The notes under the pieces were generated by a model, which saw only the letters and a list, made by a program, of their open reading frames with translations, did not search any database and was not told the origin of the DNA. From Cyanobacteria bacterium J06642_12 (GTDB lineage: Bacteria > Cyanobacteriota > Cyanobacteriia > Thermostichales > PCC-7336): a stretch of 64,000 nucleotides of DNA. The stretch covers positions 7,912 through 71,911 of the forward strand of contig JBCBVA010000004.1 of assembly GCA_039817825.1 (NCBI GenBank). Direction: 5' to 3'. The position numbers and the translations under genes were made by a program. This document shows, in pieces, positions 50,818-62,811 of this stretch; the first letter of the stretch is position 1; every line of letters begins with the position of its first letter.

Positions 50818-51900
50818 TCAAGCAACGGTTACGTCTTCTGACAGATACACATCCTGGATGGTGTGGAACAGCTTGACTCCTTCCTCAAACGGTCGTTGAA
50901 ATGCTTTTCGCCCTGAAATCAATCCCATACCGCCTGCTCGTTTGTTAATCACGGCAGTGCGTACCGCTTGGGCAAAGTCATTACTTCCAGACGCCCCTCC
51001 TGAGTTAATCAGCCCCGCTCGTCCTGCGTAGCAGTTCAACACTTGATAGCGGGTCAGGTCGATGGGATGGTCACTACTGAGTTGCGAGTACACCAGTGTG
51101 TGGGTCTTGCCGTAACTACCACCGACCGCTTTGGCCACAGCAGCGTAGCCACCATTGGTTGTGGGCAGTTTCTGTTTAATAATGTCGGCTTCAATTGTGA
51201 CCCCTAGATGGTTGGCCTGTGCCGTCAGGTCGGCGGCGGTGTGGTAGTCCGCCTCTTGCTTGAACGCATCGTTGCGCAAGTAGCACCATAAAATTGTTGC
51301 CATGCCTAATTCGTGGGCACGGGCAAAGGCCGCGCGTACTTCCTGAATTTGACGGGTTGACTCAGCCGAACCGAAGTAGATAGTGGCCCCCACCGCAACT
51401 GCCCCTAAATTCCAAGCCTGCTCCACCGTGGCAAACATAATCTGATCGAACTGGTTGGGATAGCTGAGCAATTCGTTGTGATTGAGCTTGACGATGAACG
51501 GAATTTTGTGGGCATATTTGCGCGACACTGTACCCAAAACGCCCAGAGTTGTTGCTACGGCATTGCAGCCTCCAGCGATCGCCAATTTGACGATGTTCTC
51601 GCTATCGAAATACAGCGGATTGGGGGCAAACGAAGCGGCAGCCGAATGCTCGATCCCCTGATCCACAGGCAAAATTGACAGATATCCTGTGTTGGCTAGT
51701 CGTCCGGACCCGAAAAGCTGCTGGAGGCTGCGCAGCACTTGAGGGGAGCGATCGCTAATGGCAAAAATGCGATCGACCCAATCATCACTGGGGATATGAA
51801 GTAGATCGCGAGACACCTTAGCCTCGTGTCCCAGCAGATAATCAGCCTCATCTCCCAAGTAATCGGCGATGGTTGCGGAAGCAGCTAGCGTAGCGGTCAT
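50818..51900 (-). CDS. fbaB: Class I fructose-bisphosphate aldolase (FbaB/DhnA type)
   Basis: [42 protein letters not shown]. Confidence 0.95.
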   Translation of the reverse strand: MTATLAASATIADYLGDEADYLLGHEAKVSRDLLHIPSDDWVDRIFAISDRSPQVLRSLQQLFGSGRLANTGYLSILPVDQGIEHSAAASFAPNPLYFDSENIVKLAIAGGCNAVATTLGVLGTVSRKYAHKIPFIVKLNHNELLSYPNQFDQIMFATVEQAWNLGAVAVGATIYFGSAESTRQIQEVRAAFARAHELGMATILWCYLRNDAFKQEADYHTAADLTAQANHLGVTIEADIIKQKLPTTNGGYAAVAKAVGGSYGKTHTLVYSQLSSDHPIDLTRYQVLNCYAGRAGLINSGGASGSNDFAQAVRTAVINKRAGGMGLISGRKAFQRPFEEGVKLFHTIQDVYLSEDVTVA

Positions 51901-52107
51901 CGTTCTGCCCTCAGAATGTCGAATCCAACAATTCGCTTGTTCCCTAACAGCACCACCCTAGCCACCCTGGCTTGACCTATGCTGAGAATTCACAATCCTG
52001 TCGATTTTTACAGCCATTGATGTGCCTTCAGTTGGCGCTGGACTGGGGTTTTTGGGAAACCAGCCAGCCTTCACATTTATTTGATATTGGTGTCGGCCAC
52101 CTGGTAA

Positions 52108-53289
<1,182 letters not shown>

Positions 53290-53315
53290 AAATCGACTGC
53301 AACACTATATTTACA

Positions 53316-53343
53316 GCGGTGCTCGATGGGCACCGCATTTTTT
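53316..53343 (+). terminator. Intrinsic terminator after sqdB
   Basis: GCGGTGC-N7-GCACCGC followed by ATTTTT. Confidence 0.7.
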
Positions 53344-53854
53344 ATGCCAAAGCGTTAGGATCTGCACTTGCGAATGGACTCTGTGGACCTTTCGGGACAA
53401 TTCGACTGGGGTTGAGTTCGGGCAGTACGGCGTGGTAGAGCTGCTTGACATGCTCGATGCTGGACACCTCTTGGGCGGACGAGTAGTCATACAGAGTCTC
53501 TAAATAGCGTTGCAGGTTGGGGGAATCTGCTAGCCGCTTGAAGATTGCACTTGAACAGTCCGTGATAGGCAATGTCAAAGCGAAATAGTGTAGTGAACAG
53601 GCACCAGTCTGCAAGCGTCATGCGATCGCCGCCCAGATAGGGCTTGTTGTCCCAAAACGCTATTCCAATGCTCCAGATGCTTGAATAGCTCAGTCACTGC
53701 CACATCATATAGTCCTTGCCATTCAGTTAGGACAGAGGTTCTATACACAGTCAGGGATAGACATAGCTGAAATGTCCGCAGTGGTGTGGCCACGGCTATA
53801 AGCCAATTGGGTGGAGGCAAATCCGGTGCGATAGACGCCGTGATTGATGGGGTT
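53342..53854 (-). pseudogene. Decayed glutathionyl-hydroquinone reductase (YqjG/GST-omega-like) C-terminal remnant
   Basis: Stitched reading: PINHGVYRTGFASTQLA[MITE]YDVAVTELFKHLEHW..[fs]YLGGDRMTLADWCLFTTLFRFDIAYHGLFKCNL[fs]KRLADSPNL...LNPSRIVPKGP. Two frameshifts, one insertion, N-terminal domain not seen. Confidence 0.85.
53708..53800. mobile_element. MITE-like dispersed repeat, copy 4, with TA target-site duplication
   Basis: 93 bp. Removing the element plus one TA restores CAA TTG GCT TAT GAT GTG (QLAYDV) in the yqjG-like frame. Confidence 0.9.
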
Positions 53855-53988
53855 TAGCTGGCTTATTGTTTGTATCCAAACTATTTACTGCTGTTAGCAG
53901 ATGTTTTTGGGTAAGGGGGGGCTGCAATGCAATGCAAGCAGGGCTCGGATTGTTCCGGGTGAACTGCGACATGTCAAGTTCGAGATGC

Positions 53989-54945
53989 TTAGAGAGTTGC
54001 TAAAATTTGCGCGTCAATCGCGAAGTCAACCTCGGTTTGATGGCGACCGGAGGCAATAAAGTCCCGATCCCAGAAATCTTTGACGCCGTCCGACAGCGAA
54101 ATCTGTGGCATCCAGTTCAGATCGGTTTGGGCTTTGGAGATGGAGGCGAAGAAATGCTGGCCGCGGAGGGGGAAGGCTTTTCGCTTGCCGAGGTCGAACT
54201 GTTTGGGATCGAAGTGAACGATGTTAGCTTCCTTGCCAATCACTGCTGCGCATTCCTCGACCAAGCCGTTGAAGGTCATGCAGCGGGTATCGGAAATATT
54301 GTAAATCTGGCCCTTGGCAGTGTTATTGCCCAACACTGCAACCATGGCAGCGGCGAGATCTTTAACGTGACCCAGTTGGGTGATCCACTGACCATTGTCT
54401 GGCACGAGGATCGGGCGGTTGCGATAGAGGCGATCGAAGAAGAACGCTTCAATATCGTTGTAATTACCGGTGCCATAGATATAGACGGGACGAATGGAGG
54501 TGTAGGGGAAACCGTTCGCTTCGAATTGGGAGTCCAGGTAGGCTTCTGTATTGCCCTTGCCCTTGTGGCGGCTCTTAGGATCGAGGGCATCCCCTTCGAT
54601 ATGGGGCATCAGGTTCGACTTGAGATAGACCCCAGCAGAACTCATGTAGACGAAGTGCTGCAGGTTGCTGTCTCTCAGGCACTCCACCAGGGGCTGGGTG
54701 TCGCTGAGTTCTCGTCCGTTGTTGTCAAAGACAGCGTCGAACTGTTGACCGGCAAGTTTCTCTTTAAGCTGAGCTGCGTCTTTACGATCGCCGTGAATTT
54801 GTTGAATTCCATCGATCGGGGCAGGACGATTACCGCGATTAAACAGCACCACTTCGTGACCGGCAGCCACCAACGCTTCCGTTAGCGCAACTCCCACAAA
54901 TCGGGTTCCCCCCATGACCAAAATTCGCACAGCTACTGCTCCCAT
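53989..54945 (-). CDS. NAD-dependent epimerase family protein, CSP41-like RNA-binding protein
   Basis: RILVMGGTRFVG, DNNGREL, YMSSAGVY, DPKSRHKGK, TQLGHVKDLA, KAFPLR.QHFF. Confidence 0.88.
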   Translation of the reverse strand: MGAVAVRILVMGGTRFVGVALTEALVAAGHEVVLFNRGNRPAPIDGIQQIHGDRKDAAQLKEKLAGQQFDAVFDNNGRELSDTQPLVECLRDSNLQHFVYMSSAGVYLKSNLMPHIEGDALDPKSRHKGKGNTEAYLDSQFEANGFPYTSIRPVYIYGTGNYNDIEAFFFDRLYRNRPILVPDNGQWITQLGHVKDLAAAMVAVLGNNTAKGQIYNISDTRCMTFNGLVEECAAVIGKEANIVHFDPKQFDLGKRKAFPLRGQHFFASISKAQTDLNWMPQISLSDGVKDFWDRDFIASGRHQTEVDFAIDAQILATL

Positions 54946-55015
54946 CGAGATCCATCCGTTTGTCAGGATACGACAGTCCTTGCCCTCTCCGAACAATAAG
55001 AGCTAGAGAGTCTAC

Positions 55016-55531
55016 TTAGCGAGCACCTTGCCAGACATACCAGTTGGGATAGACGTAGACCCAATACCCTTCTACGCCAGTCTGGCCGCACCAAGATCCT
55101 CCACTCCAATAGCCATAGTCGTTGTAGTCACCGTAGGTATTGCGATCGGCGGCACAGGTCAAAATTTGCTCTAGGCGATAGTAGCTACCGTTGGCGGATG
55201 CCAGTTCTGGCAGACTGATATTGGCGGAGATCTTCTGATTCGTGCTGTGTCCTTCCCGTTCCCACACGTACCAGTTGGGGTAGGAGTACACCCAATATCC
55301 AGCTTCCCCCGTCTGGTCGCACCAGGCTCCTCCGCCCCAGTAACCGTAATCGTTGTACTCGCCATAGGTGCCGCGATCCTCGGGGCATGTCATCACTTGC
55401 ACCAGGCCGGAATAGCGACTGTTAGCAGATGTGGTGGAGTCTTGTGCAGTAGCTGGTGCGACGTCGAGAGCGATGGTGGCCGTAGCGGCGATCGTCAGAG
55501 AGGCGAGGGGAGTGACTAGACGCTGAAACAT
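55016..55531 (-). CDS. Secreted protein with two tandem Trp/Tyr/Gly-rich domains
   Basis: Signal peptide from ATG 55531, then two ~56-aa repeats SAN..Y..L.Q..TC..DR.TYG.YNDYGYW.GG.WC.QTG..GYWVY.YPNWYVW. Confidence 0.75.
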   Translation of the reverse strand: MFQRLVTPLASLTIAATATIALDVAPATAQDSTTSANSRYSGLVQVMTCPEDRGTYGEYNDYGYWGGGAWCDQTGEAGYWVYSYPNWYVWEREGHSTNQKISANISLPELASANGSYYRLEQILTCAADRNTYGDYNDYGYWSGGSWCGQTGVEGYWVYVYPNWYVWQGAR

Positions 55532-56063
55532 GTATTGAGGGGAGACGTAACTAAAGCGAACCTTACCCAAGCAGACCGAGCATCCTGGCATGGCTTGCCG
55601 CCGAACGCTTGAGTCGAGAACTATCGGGCTTTTGCTTTCAGTAATCCATAGGAGTAGTCCCAAGACAACTACCCATACCCCCCCTTCTTAAGAAGGTTTT
55701 ACTCCGCAGATGCCTAGTGCTCTGTCCACAATAAGAATAGGAATCGGCAGTCAACCACAGGCTTACTGCACAGTGAGGGGCGAGAGATGACACCCCAAAA
55801 AGTAAGCCTGACAAAGTACTAGAAACATAGTGTTCGGCCAGACTAGACAAGCTATGGCTTTCGGCAATCAGCTATGGAGAGTTCTCTAGCCATGTTTCGC
55901 GGCAGATCGAGGCTTTGAGCTGTCTCCGCCACTCCAGACCTTACCGCGGATTGCCATACCAAAAATTTTGACGGCTGGAATGCAACTAAGCTCAAAAGAC
56001 CGGCGCCTGAGACGATCGACACCTGGAAAAACTAACACCAAAAGAGATGAATACTTGAGAAGA

Positions 56064-56987
56064 CTAGCGACCCAACTCAGCGACCATCTCCGCAGAGTCT
56101 GCGACTTCAGATATGTCGAGCTCCGTTAGCTCGGCTAATTCCTCCAACGTTTGGATGCCGTAGATGCGTTCGCCTTTATAAATCCAAGTGGGATAGCTTT
56201 TGATATCTTCTGCTGCACAAACGGGAGCTTGGGGAGTACCGGGCCCTCCGTAAGGAGAACATTCTACGTATGGCACGTCTTTAAACGCGCTTCCGAACAA
56301 CATTTTTTGTTCCGCACAGTGGGGGCACCAACTGGCTCCGTACATTTTGATGTCTTGCTGATGAAGGTGATGGGCTACGCTGGCAGCCATCGCACTAGGA
56401 GGCTGGGGTTGGCTTGCATAAACCCCGACAGTCACGAGTATCGTTGCCAGTGCAACGGCAGCTCCACCCACGATCAACCGCACGGTATCCACCCACGCGT
56501 GACCGACCAGAACCGTCACCCAAATCCCCGTGGTGAGAGCGATCGCGACCGCGCAATACGGGCAAAACGACCGCAAAACGGCAGCCATGAGGTAAACCAT
56601 GTACATCTCAAACGCAAACATGGATGTGGCTACCGCAAACAATGCTGGCCATCGCCAACGTTTGAGCAGCGGAAGGTCATCAGGTAATGCGGCCAAGAAG
56701 AGTATTGTCAGGAATCCCAGAAGACCGATTAATGCGGTCGGAACCCCCAGAAATGTGGCCCATCGACTGCCCAGAACTAAATCGCACCCCTGACCGGTGC
56801 CACACATAGCAACTTTCTGGGCGGCAAACTTACTGGCCGTTAGATAGGCGGTCAACATCCCCCCCAATATCGCCAGCACAAACATTACGGTACGGGAATG
56901 GCGGTACAGCCACGGGGTGGAGGGTTGCGTGAGTGCGGACATATCACTCGTAAGGTCAGGACATCTCTCGTCATTATGACGCGCCAA
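56064..56987 (-). CDS. VKOR-thioredoxin fusion (disulfide bond formation, DsbAB/LTO1-like)
   Basis: CGTGQGC..VL.S.WA VKOR loop, FCPYC, thioredoxin MYGASWCPHC, YVECS, YPTW. Confidence 0.92.
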   Translation of the reverse strand: MARHNDERCPDLTSDMSALTQPSTPWLYRHSRTVMFVLAILGGMLTAYLTASKFAAQKVAMCGTGQGCDLVLGSRWATFLGVPTALIGLLGFLTILFLAALPDDLPLLKRWRWPALFAVATSMFAFEMYMVYLMAAVLRSFCPYCAVAIALTTGIWVTVLVGHAWVDTVRLIVGGAAVALATILVTVGVYASQPQPPSAMAASVAHHLHQQDIKMYGASWCPHCAEQKMLFGSAFKDVPYVECSPYGGPGTPQAPVCAAEDIKSYPTWIYKGERIYGIQTLEELAELTELDISEVADSAEMVAELGR

Positions 56988-57319
56988 GCTTGCTTGAGCT
57001 CCGGCGCGCTAGGATTACCTTGATTGGCTACGACACAGCAACTGGCTAGCACGCCACCAGTCCCCATCAAGACAGTCTTCAAGTACGTGGAGGACACAAG
57101 GCCATTCAAGCGCTAGAAAATACAGATTGCTCTCCAGGAGTATCTGCTTGCGCCGATGACATATAGATTGAACCCTCGTGTTCAGAAGCTCTCAGGTGAA
57201 GTAGCTATTTGCAAGCGAATCAAAGGACAACGGAGGGTGTCAACCCCGAGCCTTTCAGTGAATCGAACAGTAGAACTCGCCCCAATATTGCGAAGAATAC
57301 GGTCGTTAGTCTAGATAAA

Positions 57320-57676
57320 CTAACCGTCTACCCGTGTCAGAGAGATCAATTTCTTGCCCAATTTAATCTCAAATTCATCTCCAGGTTCCAAGCCCATTTC
57401 TTTGGTGTAGGCTGCACCAATAAGGATGTTGCCATTCTTATGCACAGAAACCTTATACGTGGCTGCTCTACCTCTTCCACCACCTTCCGAAGCGGCGTCA
57501 AAATTCATGCCTTCAGCTTCTAGCAGGGCATTGTAGAATGCCATTAAGCTAATACGCTCTTGGCCGCTTTGAGTTTGAGTGACATACCCACAAGCCTTCG
57601 CGATATCTTTTTTATTGGCTCCCTTCATTTGGGAAACCTTTTCTTGCAATTCTTTGCCCGTTAAAACTTTAGTCAT
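57320..57676 (-). CDS. Cyanobacterial AbrB-like transcriptional regulator
   Basis: LTGKEL..KV, AKACGY, FYNALLEA, GR.ATYKVSVHKNGNILIGAAYTKEMGLEPGDEFEIKLG. Confidence 0.92.
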   Translation of the reverse strand: MTKVLTGKELQEKVSQMKGANKKDIAKACGYVTQTQSGQERISLMAFYNALLEAEGMNFDAASEGGGRGRAATYKVSVHKNGNILIGAAYTKEMGLEPGDEFEIKLGKKLISLTRVDG

Positions 57677-59141
57677 ACAGAGTCAATTAGAAGCTTTAAA
57701 ACAATACTAGCCGAAAGATTGCATCCCTTTGTATAGATTTGCAGAAAATCATCCTAGGTTGATATCTATATCTCTTCAAGATCTCATCGATGATTTCTAT
57801 TCATCAGTTGCGATCGAGCGCTTGCACTTTAAACCAGCACCCGTCAGGTCTCCTATCATCGTTTTATCCTGCTCTAACAAATACCTCTCTCGGACGAAGT
57901 CAAATGGCATTCAGTGCTCACATCAATAGCTTGCTCTAGATAACTTCGGACTAGCCTGATTCATTGCTATTCTGCCTGCAAGGAGTTTTCTGTTTCAACG
58001 AAAAGATTAGCCAGTATAGGAAGCACTTGATGTCCGTGTCATTTAAAATTGCAGGTGGCTTTGTCGCTTCAGGCTAGCATGTTCGCTTGGTTAACTGGTG
58101 GTAGTTAACGTCAGTTTGACAGAATTGTTCGAACGGATACGTACTTTGAACTGCGCTCCATTCATGGATGGTGAAGCTACTCAAGCCCGATCTCCGATCT
58201 CGGAAATGGGTCGGAGGCGAGCGCCTTTAAATGAATCTGATTTTAATTGCAATCAATACTGGCTATTGCCAGCGATCCTCATTGATTTCACCCTCCCTGA
58301 TATCTTCAACATATTCTATTTTGGCGCGGCCAATGGTTGTTTACCACCTGGACAATCGTGCTCGTTTGGCAGGGGCAAAAATCAAGAAGCGCTTGCTCGC
58401 ACAAGGAATGGATAAGCTTGCGTGAACGGTCTCTATAAGCGGCTTGCAAACGATTGAACTAAGTGAATATTTAAGACCGATGCTCGGAACGAAATCTCCA
58501 TCATAATATCCAACAGACCAGAGGTCACAGCGATCCGATCCTCAATCTATCTTCCGATACGAAAGCAGAGAGCAATAGGAGCAGAGAGTAAGAAGACCTT
58601 GAGCCCAAATGGTGCCGTCGTGTTTCGAAGCAAATATCTCAATAGCTCCGCCGACTTGACAGCTCTCAAAGTCAGCGGAACCAGCCACTTGGTGGGCGTA
58701 CGAACCTCTGTTGCCGATCTCACTACAACTAGCTACGGTGTCACGCTTGGCCTCAAGCCGGTTGCTTGGATTGTGATGGGACTAAAGTTCTTGCAGGGTA
58801 ATCGGCAGTGCTCTCAACCACAGTGCCACTTGTACTCCTTTGATAATCGTAAAGTAGTGTTGTCAGTTGCTATACTCTTTGAAATAAGAATACTTTGTCC
58901 TTATAAAAAGTCTTGATAAATTGATGGTAGGGCTACAGCGGTCTCTGGCCGAGCAGTTACGGAGAGCGGTGCATATCCATCGTTGGTGTTTGTGCATCTA
59001 ACGTTTCAGGTTTGAGCTCAGCGCAGATGCTCCGTGCTCTCGCTTGGCACTGGAATGCTGGCAACTGTAGTACGGGATAGATGAATTGTTTTGCAGAACT
59101 ATTGGTAGCTTCTCTGCCATACCAACCTGATTGGCTCATCT

Positions 59142-60554
59142 ATGTTGCGCTTCGTTCTTGATGGACTGATATTGTCTCTTCCTCCAAGGCTGAGGCTGGC
59201 CCTCATTCAATTGATTGAGGGGATGCAAACAGCATTGCCTCCGGATGCCAGCGGTACCCGACCGAAGATCGATCTGGAAACTGCGTTTACTATCTTTTCA
59301 CTCGTCTTCTACATGAATCCTGTCTTGCTGACAGTTCTCGGGCGAGACGCAGCTACTAAGGTTCAGCAGCCCACATTTTTGCTGATCTACGCGCTGACGT
59401 TCTATTTCATGTATCGACACAGGCATCGGTATGGCTCCTTGATCAAAAGTGGCGGTTTGCTATGGGTTGTGGTATTTATCCCGCTACTGTCTACCCTCTG
59501 GTCACCATTCCCCGATGTAACTCTCAGGCGTGCCTTTGCTGTAGTCAACACTAGTTTGTTCGGCGTGTATATGGGGGGTCGGTACAACTTGAAAGAGATT
59601 TTGTACCTGCTACGCTACGTCTTCGTCATCATCGGTGGGTTGTCGCTCATTTTTGCCGTGGTTTTCCCCTCTTGGGGGCTGATGCAAGATTTGCATGCTG
59701 GAGCATTTAGAGGCGTCTTCATTCACAAAAACTCTGCAGCAGTTCGTCTGTCAACTGGTGTAATCGTGTTTCTAGTACTCACGTTTTCCGGGGAAGGGAG
59801 CCGATTATTTAACGGTATCTGGACGTTGCTAATATTTGGTATGGTTACGGCTTCGCAGTCCTCAACTGGCTTGGGAGCTTGTATTCTCTCGTTCGCATCT
59901 ATCCCATTTCTGCTAATTCCACGGGGTAAATTGAGTCAGATGCTGCCAGCCATTTTTGGGACGCTGTTGTTGGCATTTCTCGGTGGGATGTTCCTATTAG
60001 AAAATACTGGGACTGTACTGGAAGCATTTGGTGAAGATAGTCAACTCACTGGCCGTGCAAATTTCTGGCCTGTTCTTCTGGAATCTATCTATCAACGGTT
60101 TTGGTTGGGATATGGGTACGAAGGGTATTGGGCTGGTGGATTGAATGGACCGTCGGCAATTTTAGCTCAGCTTGCCACAACTAATGCGAAAACCCACGCC
60201 CATAACGGCTATCTCGAAACTATGTTGAGCGTTGGATTCCTTGGGTTGTTTTGCCTGATTGTTAATTTGTGGTCGTCTATCCTAAATTTCCTCAAATACG
60301 TCCGTCATACAACGGGATTCTTGGCGCTGTTTCCTATTCTGTTTATGGTACAGTTTTTTGCAGCGAACATGGTCGAGACCTCCGTGTATGGCTACAACAA
60401 CTTTACTTGGGTGATCTATGTTTGCTTGATAACCTGCGCGATTTACGATCGCGCTGTCATGAGCCTCTATTCGCCGAAACCCGAGCCAGAACCGGTTCCG
60501 CCAGGACTTCCAATCATGGATATGGATATGGAGCCGGAGCCAGTAAAGCTCTAA
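59142..60554 (+). CDS. O-antigen ligase/polymerase-family membrane protein (Wzy/ExoQ-like)
   Basis: Many TM helices, GVFIHKN, SQSSTG, LTGR..FW, LGYGY, HAHNGYLE. Start may be 59223. Confidence 0.85.
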   Translation: MLRFVLDGLILSLPPRLRLALIQLIEGMQTALPPDASGTRPKIDLETAFTIFSLVFYMNPVLLTVLGRDAATKVQQPTFLLIYALTFYFMYRHRHRYGSLIKSGGLLWVVVFIPLLSTLWSPFPDVTLRRAFAVVNTSLFGVYMGGRYNLKEILYLLRYVFVIIGGLSLIFAVVFPSWGLMQDLHAGAFRGVFIHKNSAAVRLSTGVIVFLVLTFSGEGSRLFNGIWTLLIFGMVTASQSSTGLGACILSFASIPFLLIPRGKLSQMLPAIFGTLLLAFLGGMFLLENTGTVLEAFGEDSQLTGRANFWPVLLESIYQRFWLGYGYEGYWAGGLNGPSAILAQLATTNAKTHAHNGYLETMLSVGFLGLFCLIVNLWSSILNFLKYVRHTTGFLALFPILFMVQFFAANMVETSVYGYNNFTWVIYVCLITCAIYDRAVMSLYSPKPEPEPVPPGLPIMDMDMEPEPVKL

Positions 60555-60798
60555 TGTTCTGTAAAGGCGAAGACTGAAGAACCTTGAGTGGCCAGACAAA
60601 AAGGTTAGGAATTCTCTATAGCCGATGGCCGATCGGTGGATGAAAACGAAGTTTCGAGGCCTATATAGCCCTAACCCTGGATCTGATAAACCACTAGTGG
60701 CCTCTCCGCTGAGGCTCGATGGATAGTTGTTCTCCCTCAGTCTGGTTGCAATGCATTCGTAGTTTGATTGCACTCCTTGTCGCAAGCCAGATAGACCA

Positions 60799-61113
60799 CT
60801 AGTAGTACACGGTGAGCCATAGGGTTGCTTCTGTTGGTGTTGTCCATTCCACCCGGTATCGAGTGTGGGCGGGAATGGTGATGTGGCTGCCGGGGATCAG
60901 GCGTTGCGATCGCCCATGTCCAAATTCTAGTACTGCCTCTCCTCTTAAGACCAGCACCCACGCATTCTGTTTCTGTTCGTTCCACCGATCGGGTGGAGTC
61001 GTGTGTCCTTTTGAAATCGATCGCTCGATCTTAATACCGTTCCCGCTAGCTAATAGTTCGAATGCTTCGGTACTCAAATCCGATGGGATATCGGCAAACA
61101 GATTGCCTGTCAT
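60799..61113 (-). CDS. Cupin domain protein
   Basis: NLFADIP, KIERSISKGH, WVLVLRGEA, IPAHTRYRVEWT. Confidence 0.85.
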   Translation of the reverse strand: MTGNLFADIPSDLSTEAFELLASGNGIKIERSISKGHTTPPDRWNEQKQNAWVLVLRGEAVLEFGHGRSQRLIPGSHITIPAHTRYRVEWTTPTEATLWLTVYY

Positions 61114-61336
61114 ATTTTTGCTCCAATCAGTCAGTACCTGCAATTGCCACTTGTCATTGTGCTTGCCTCCAGTTCGCTTGGATTCCAGGGGTCACAGCTA
61201 CAACGATCTGAATACAGTGCTCTAGTTGCGATCGATGGCCTGTTGTTCTGTCTGAGCTTTTTGTGCTGATTGTGCAGGTGCCCTGGCTGGGATGGTAACG
61301 AGGGACGTCACTGGGGAAGGTCGACGTTCTCGAAAC

Positions 61337-62143
61337 TTATCGTGGTGCAGCGCGTCCCATTAGCGACCCGACTAGTCCGGGAAGTAGCTGGTAGGCTGCG
61401 GTCGCCATCTGAGCTGGTCCTACCACCACATCTCGTTGACCCGTCCGGCAGGCATCGGCGATCGCCTTGGCAATCTCCTCCGGTGTCTGACTTACAGCAC
61501 TGCTCAGTGTCGTCTCCATTTGTTGACGGTAGCGATCGGCTGCTCCATCTGCCCCGACGAACACCGCGCGCTCCAGGAACTCTGTCGTGACCACCCCCGG
61601 ATGTACGCCGACGATCTGAACTCCCTGAGATTCCACCTCTAGGCGCAGTGTCTCTGTGAGGCCCGTAACGGCATACTTACTGGCGCAGTAAGCAGTCATG
61701 GCGGGCAATGGCATTTTTCCTCCAAACGAGCCCACATTGACAATTTGCCCCTGTTTTCGGGCCAGCATATGGGGGAGGACAGCTCGGATAGTGTGAACGT
61801 ACCCCCAAAAGTTGACGTTCATGACCTGTTGCCACTGCTCCAATGATGTATCGACAAACGGGCCACTGGCACAAATCCCAGCATTGTTTATCAATAAATC
61901 GATGCGATCGAATCGAGCGATCGCCTTTTCCACCAACACGTTGACTTGTTCGGGATCGGATACATCGGTAGGGATGGGTAGAACGTCGCAATTATGTTTT
62001 TTTTCCAGGGCGATCGCCGTCTCCGTTAGGGGATCGGATGTGCGGGCTGCCAAGACGAGAGCAAATCCTTGGCTGGCAAATGCAAACGCCGTGGCACGAC
62101 CGATTCCGGCAGACGCGCCTGTAATTAGGGCAACTTTAGACAT
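61337..62143 (-). CDS. SDR-family oxidoreductase
   Basis: TGASAGIG, NNAG, YCASK. Confidence 0.93.
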   Translation of the reverse strand: MSKVALITGASAGIGRATAFAFASQGFALVLAARTSDPLTETAIALEKKHNCDVLPIPTDVSDPEQVNVLVEKAIARFDRIDLLINNAGICASGPFVDTSLEQWQQVMNVNFWGYVHTIRAVLPHMLARKQGQIVNVGSFGGKMPLPAMTAYCASKYAVTGLTETLRLEVESQGVQIVGVHPGVVTTEFLERAVFVGADGAADRYRQQMETTLSSAVSQTPEEIAKAIADACRTGQRDVVVGPAQMATAAYQLLPGLVGSLMGRAAPR

Positions 62144-62552
62144 AGTGGCAAATAGGGGGCGTGGGGAATCTATGTCGCGGGATACGGTTGTTCGTCGTTA
62201 GGGTTCTAATTGCGATCCCGGCGATCGTTAGTTTGTTACTGTCAACGGGCTGATGGGCGATCTCAACTCGTGCCGCACTACTATTGTGTATCTTTTCAGC
62301 CAGCAGTTGTTGTTCTTGCACGAAACCATAGATGATTGCTCTGCATTCGATTGCGTTATGGGCGTATTGCTCGATGGGACTAAGTGCGCTACAGACTACT
62401 GCCTTGTGACAATCTCCTCACTGTTGCAAAGACTCCGGCGATGCCCCGCTTATCGTAAGGACGTAGCTGAGTCCCGATTAACGTAGCACCCTCGATAGGT
62501 GCCACACTGGTAGAAATTGCACTGTTAGACCCGAGACAGGGTAGAGAAGGGG

Positions 62553-62735
62553 ATGGGCATCGTATTCATACTCTATGTTGGCTTCACGCTGTACTTGTAT
62601 TTCACGCGCGAGCCAATTCGATTAGAAGTCAATTTTGTGCTGGGCCGATGGTATGAAATCATCACTGAATTCATTTACCGCATGCGCCAGAGTGCATCGT
62701 CGGCCTATCGTCAGCGCCGGAACCGTCGCTATTGA
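62553..62735 (+). CDS. Small membrane protein (60 aa)
   Basis: Purine-rich SD-like region, N-terminal TM helix, basic C-terminus. Confidence 0.55.
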   Translation: MGIVFILYVGFTLYLYFTREPIRLEVNFVLGRWYEIITEFIYRMRQSASSAYRQRRNRRY

Positions 62736-62811
62736 GGGTCATTCGAGCAGCTTCTACTCGTAGCTGGATAGCTATTCATCGAGTATCTACAACCCGTCCA
62801 AAGCATCTGTG

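Noticed and set aside
53575-53820. 81-aa ORF (and the 90-aa ORF at 53342-53614) as real genes
   Set aside because: They are chimeric frames of the yqjG-like pseudogene and the MITE.
54007-54885. 292-aa plus-strand ORF and similar long antisense ORFs (e.g. 19203-19898, 25304-25846, 52198-52716)
   Set aside because: Antisense shadows of well-supported genes, with no motifs of their own.
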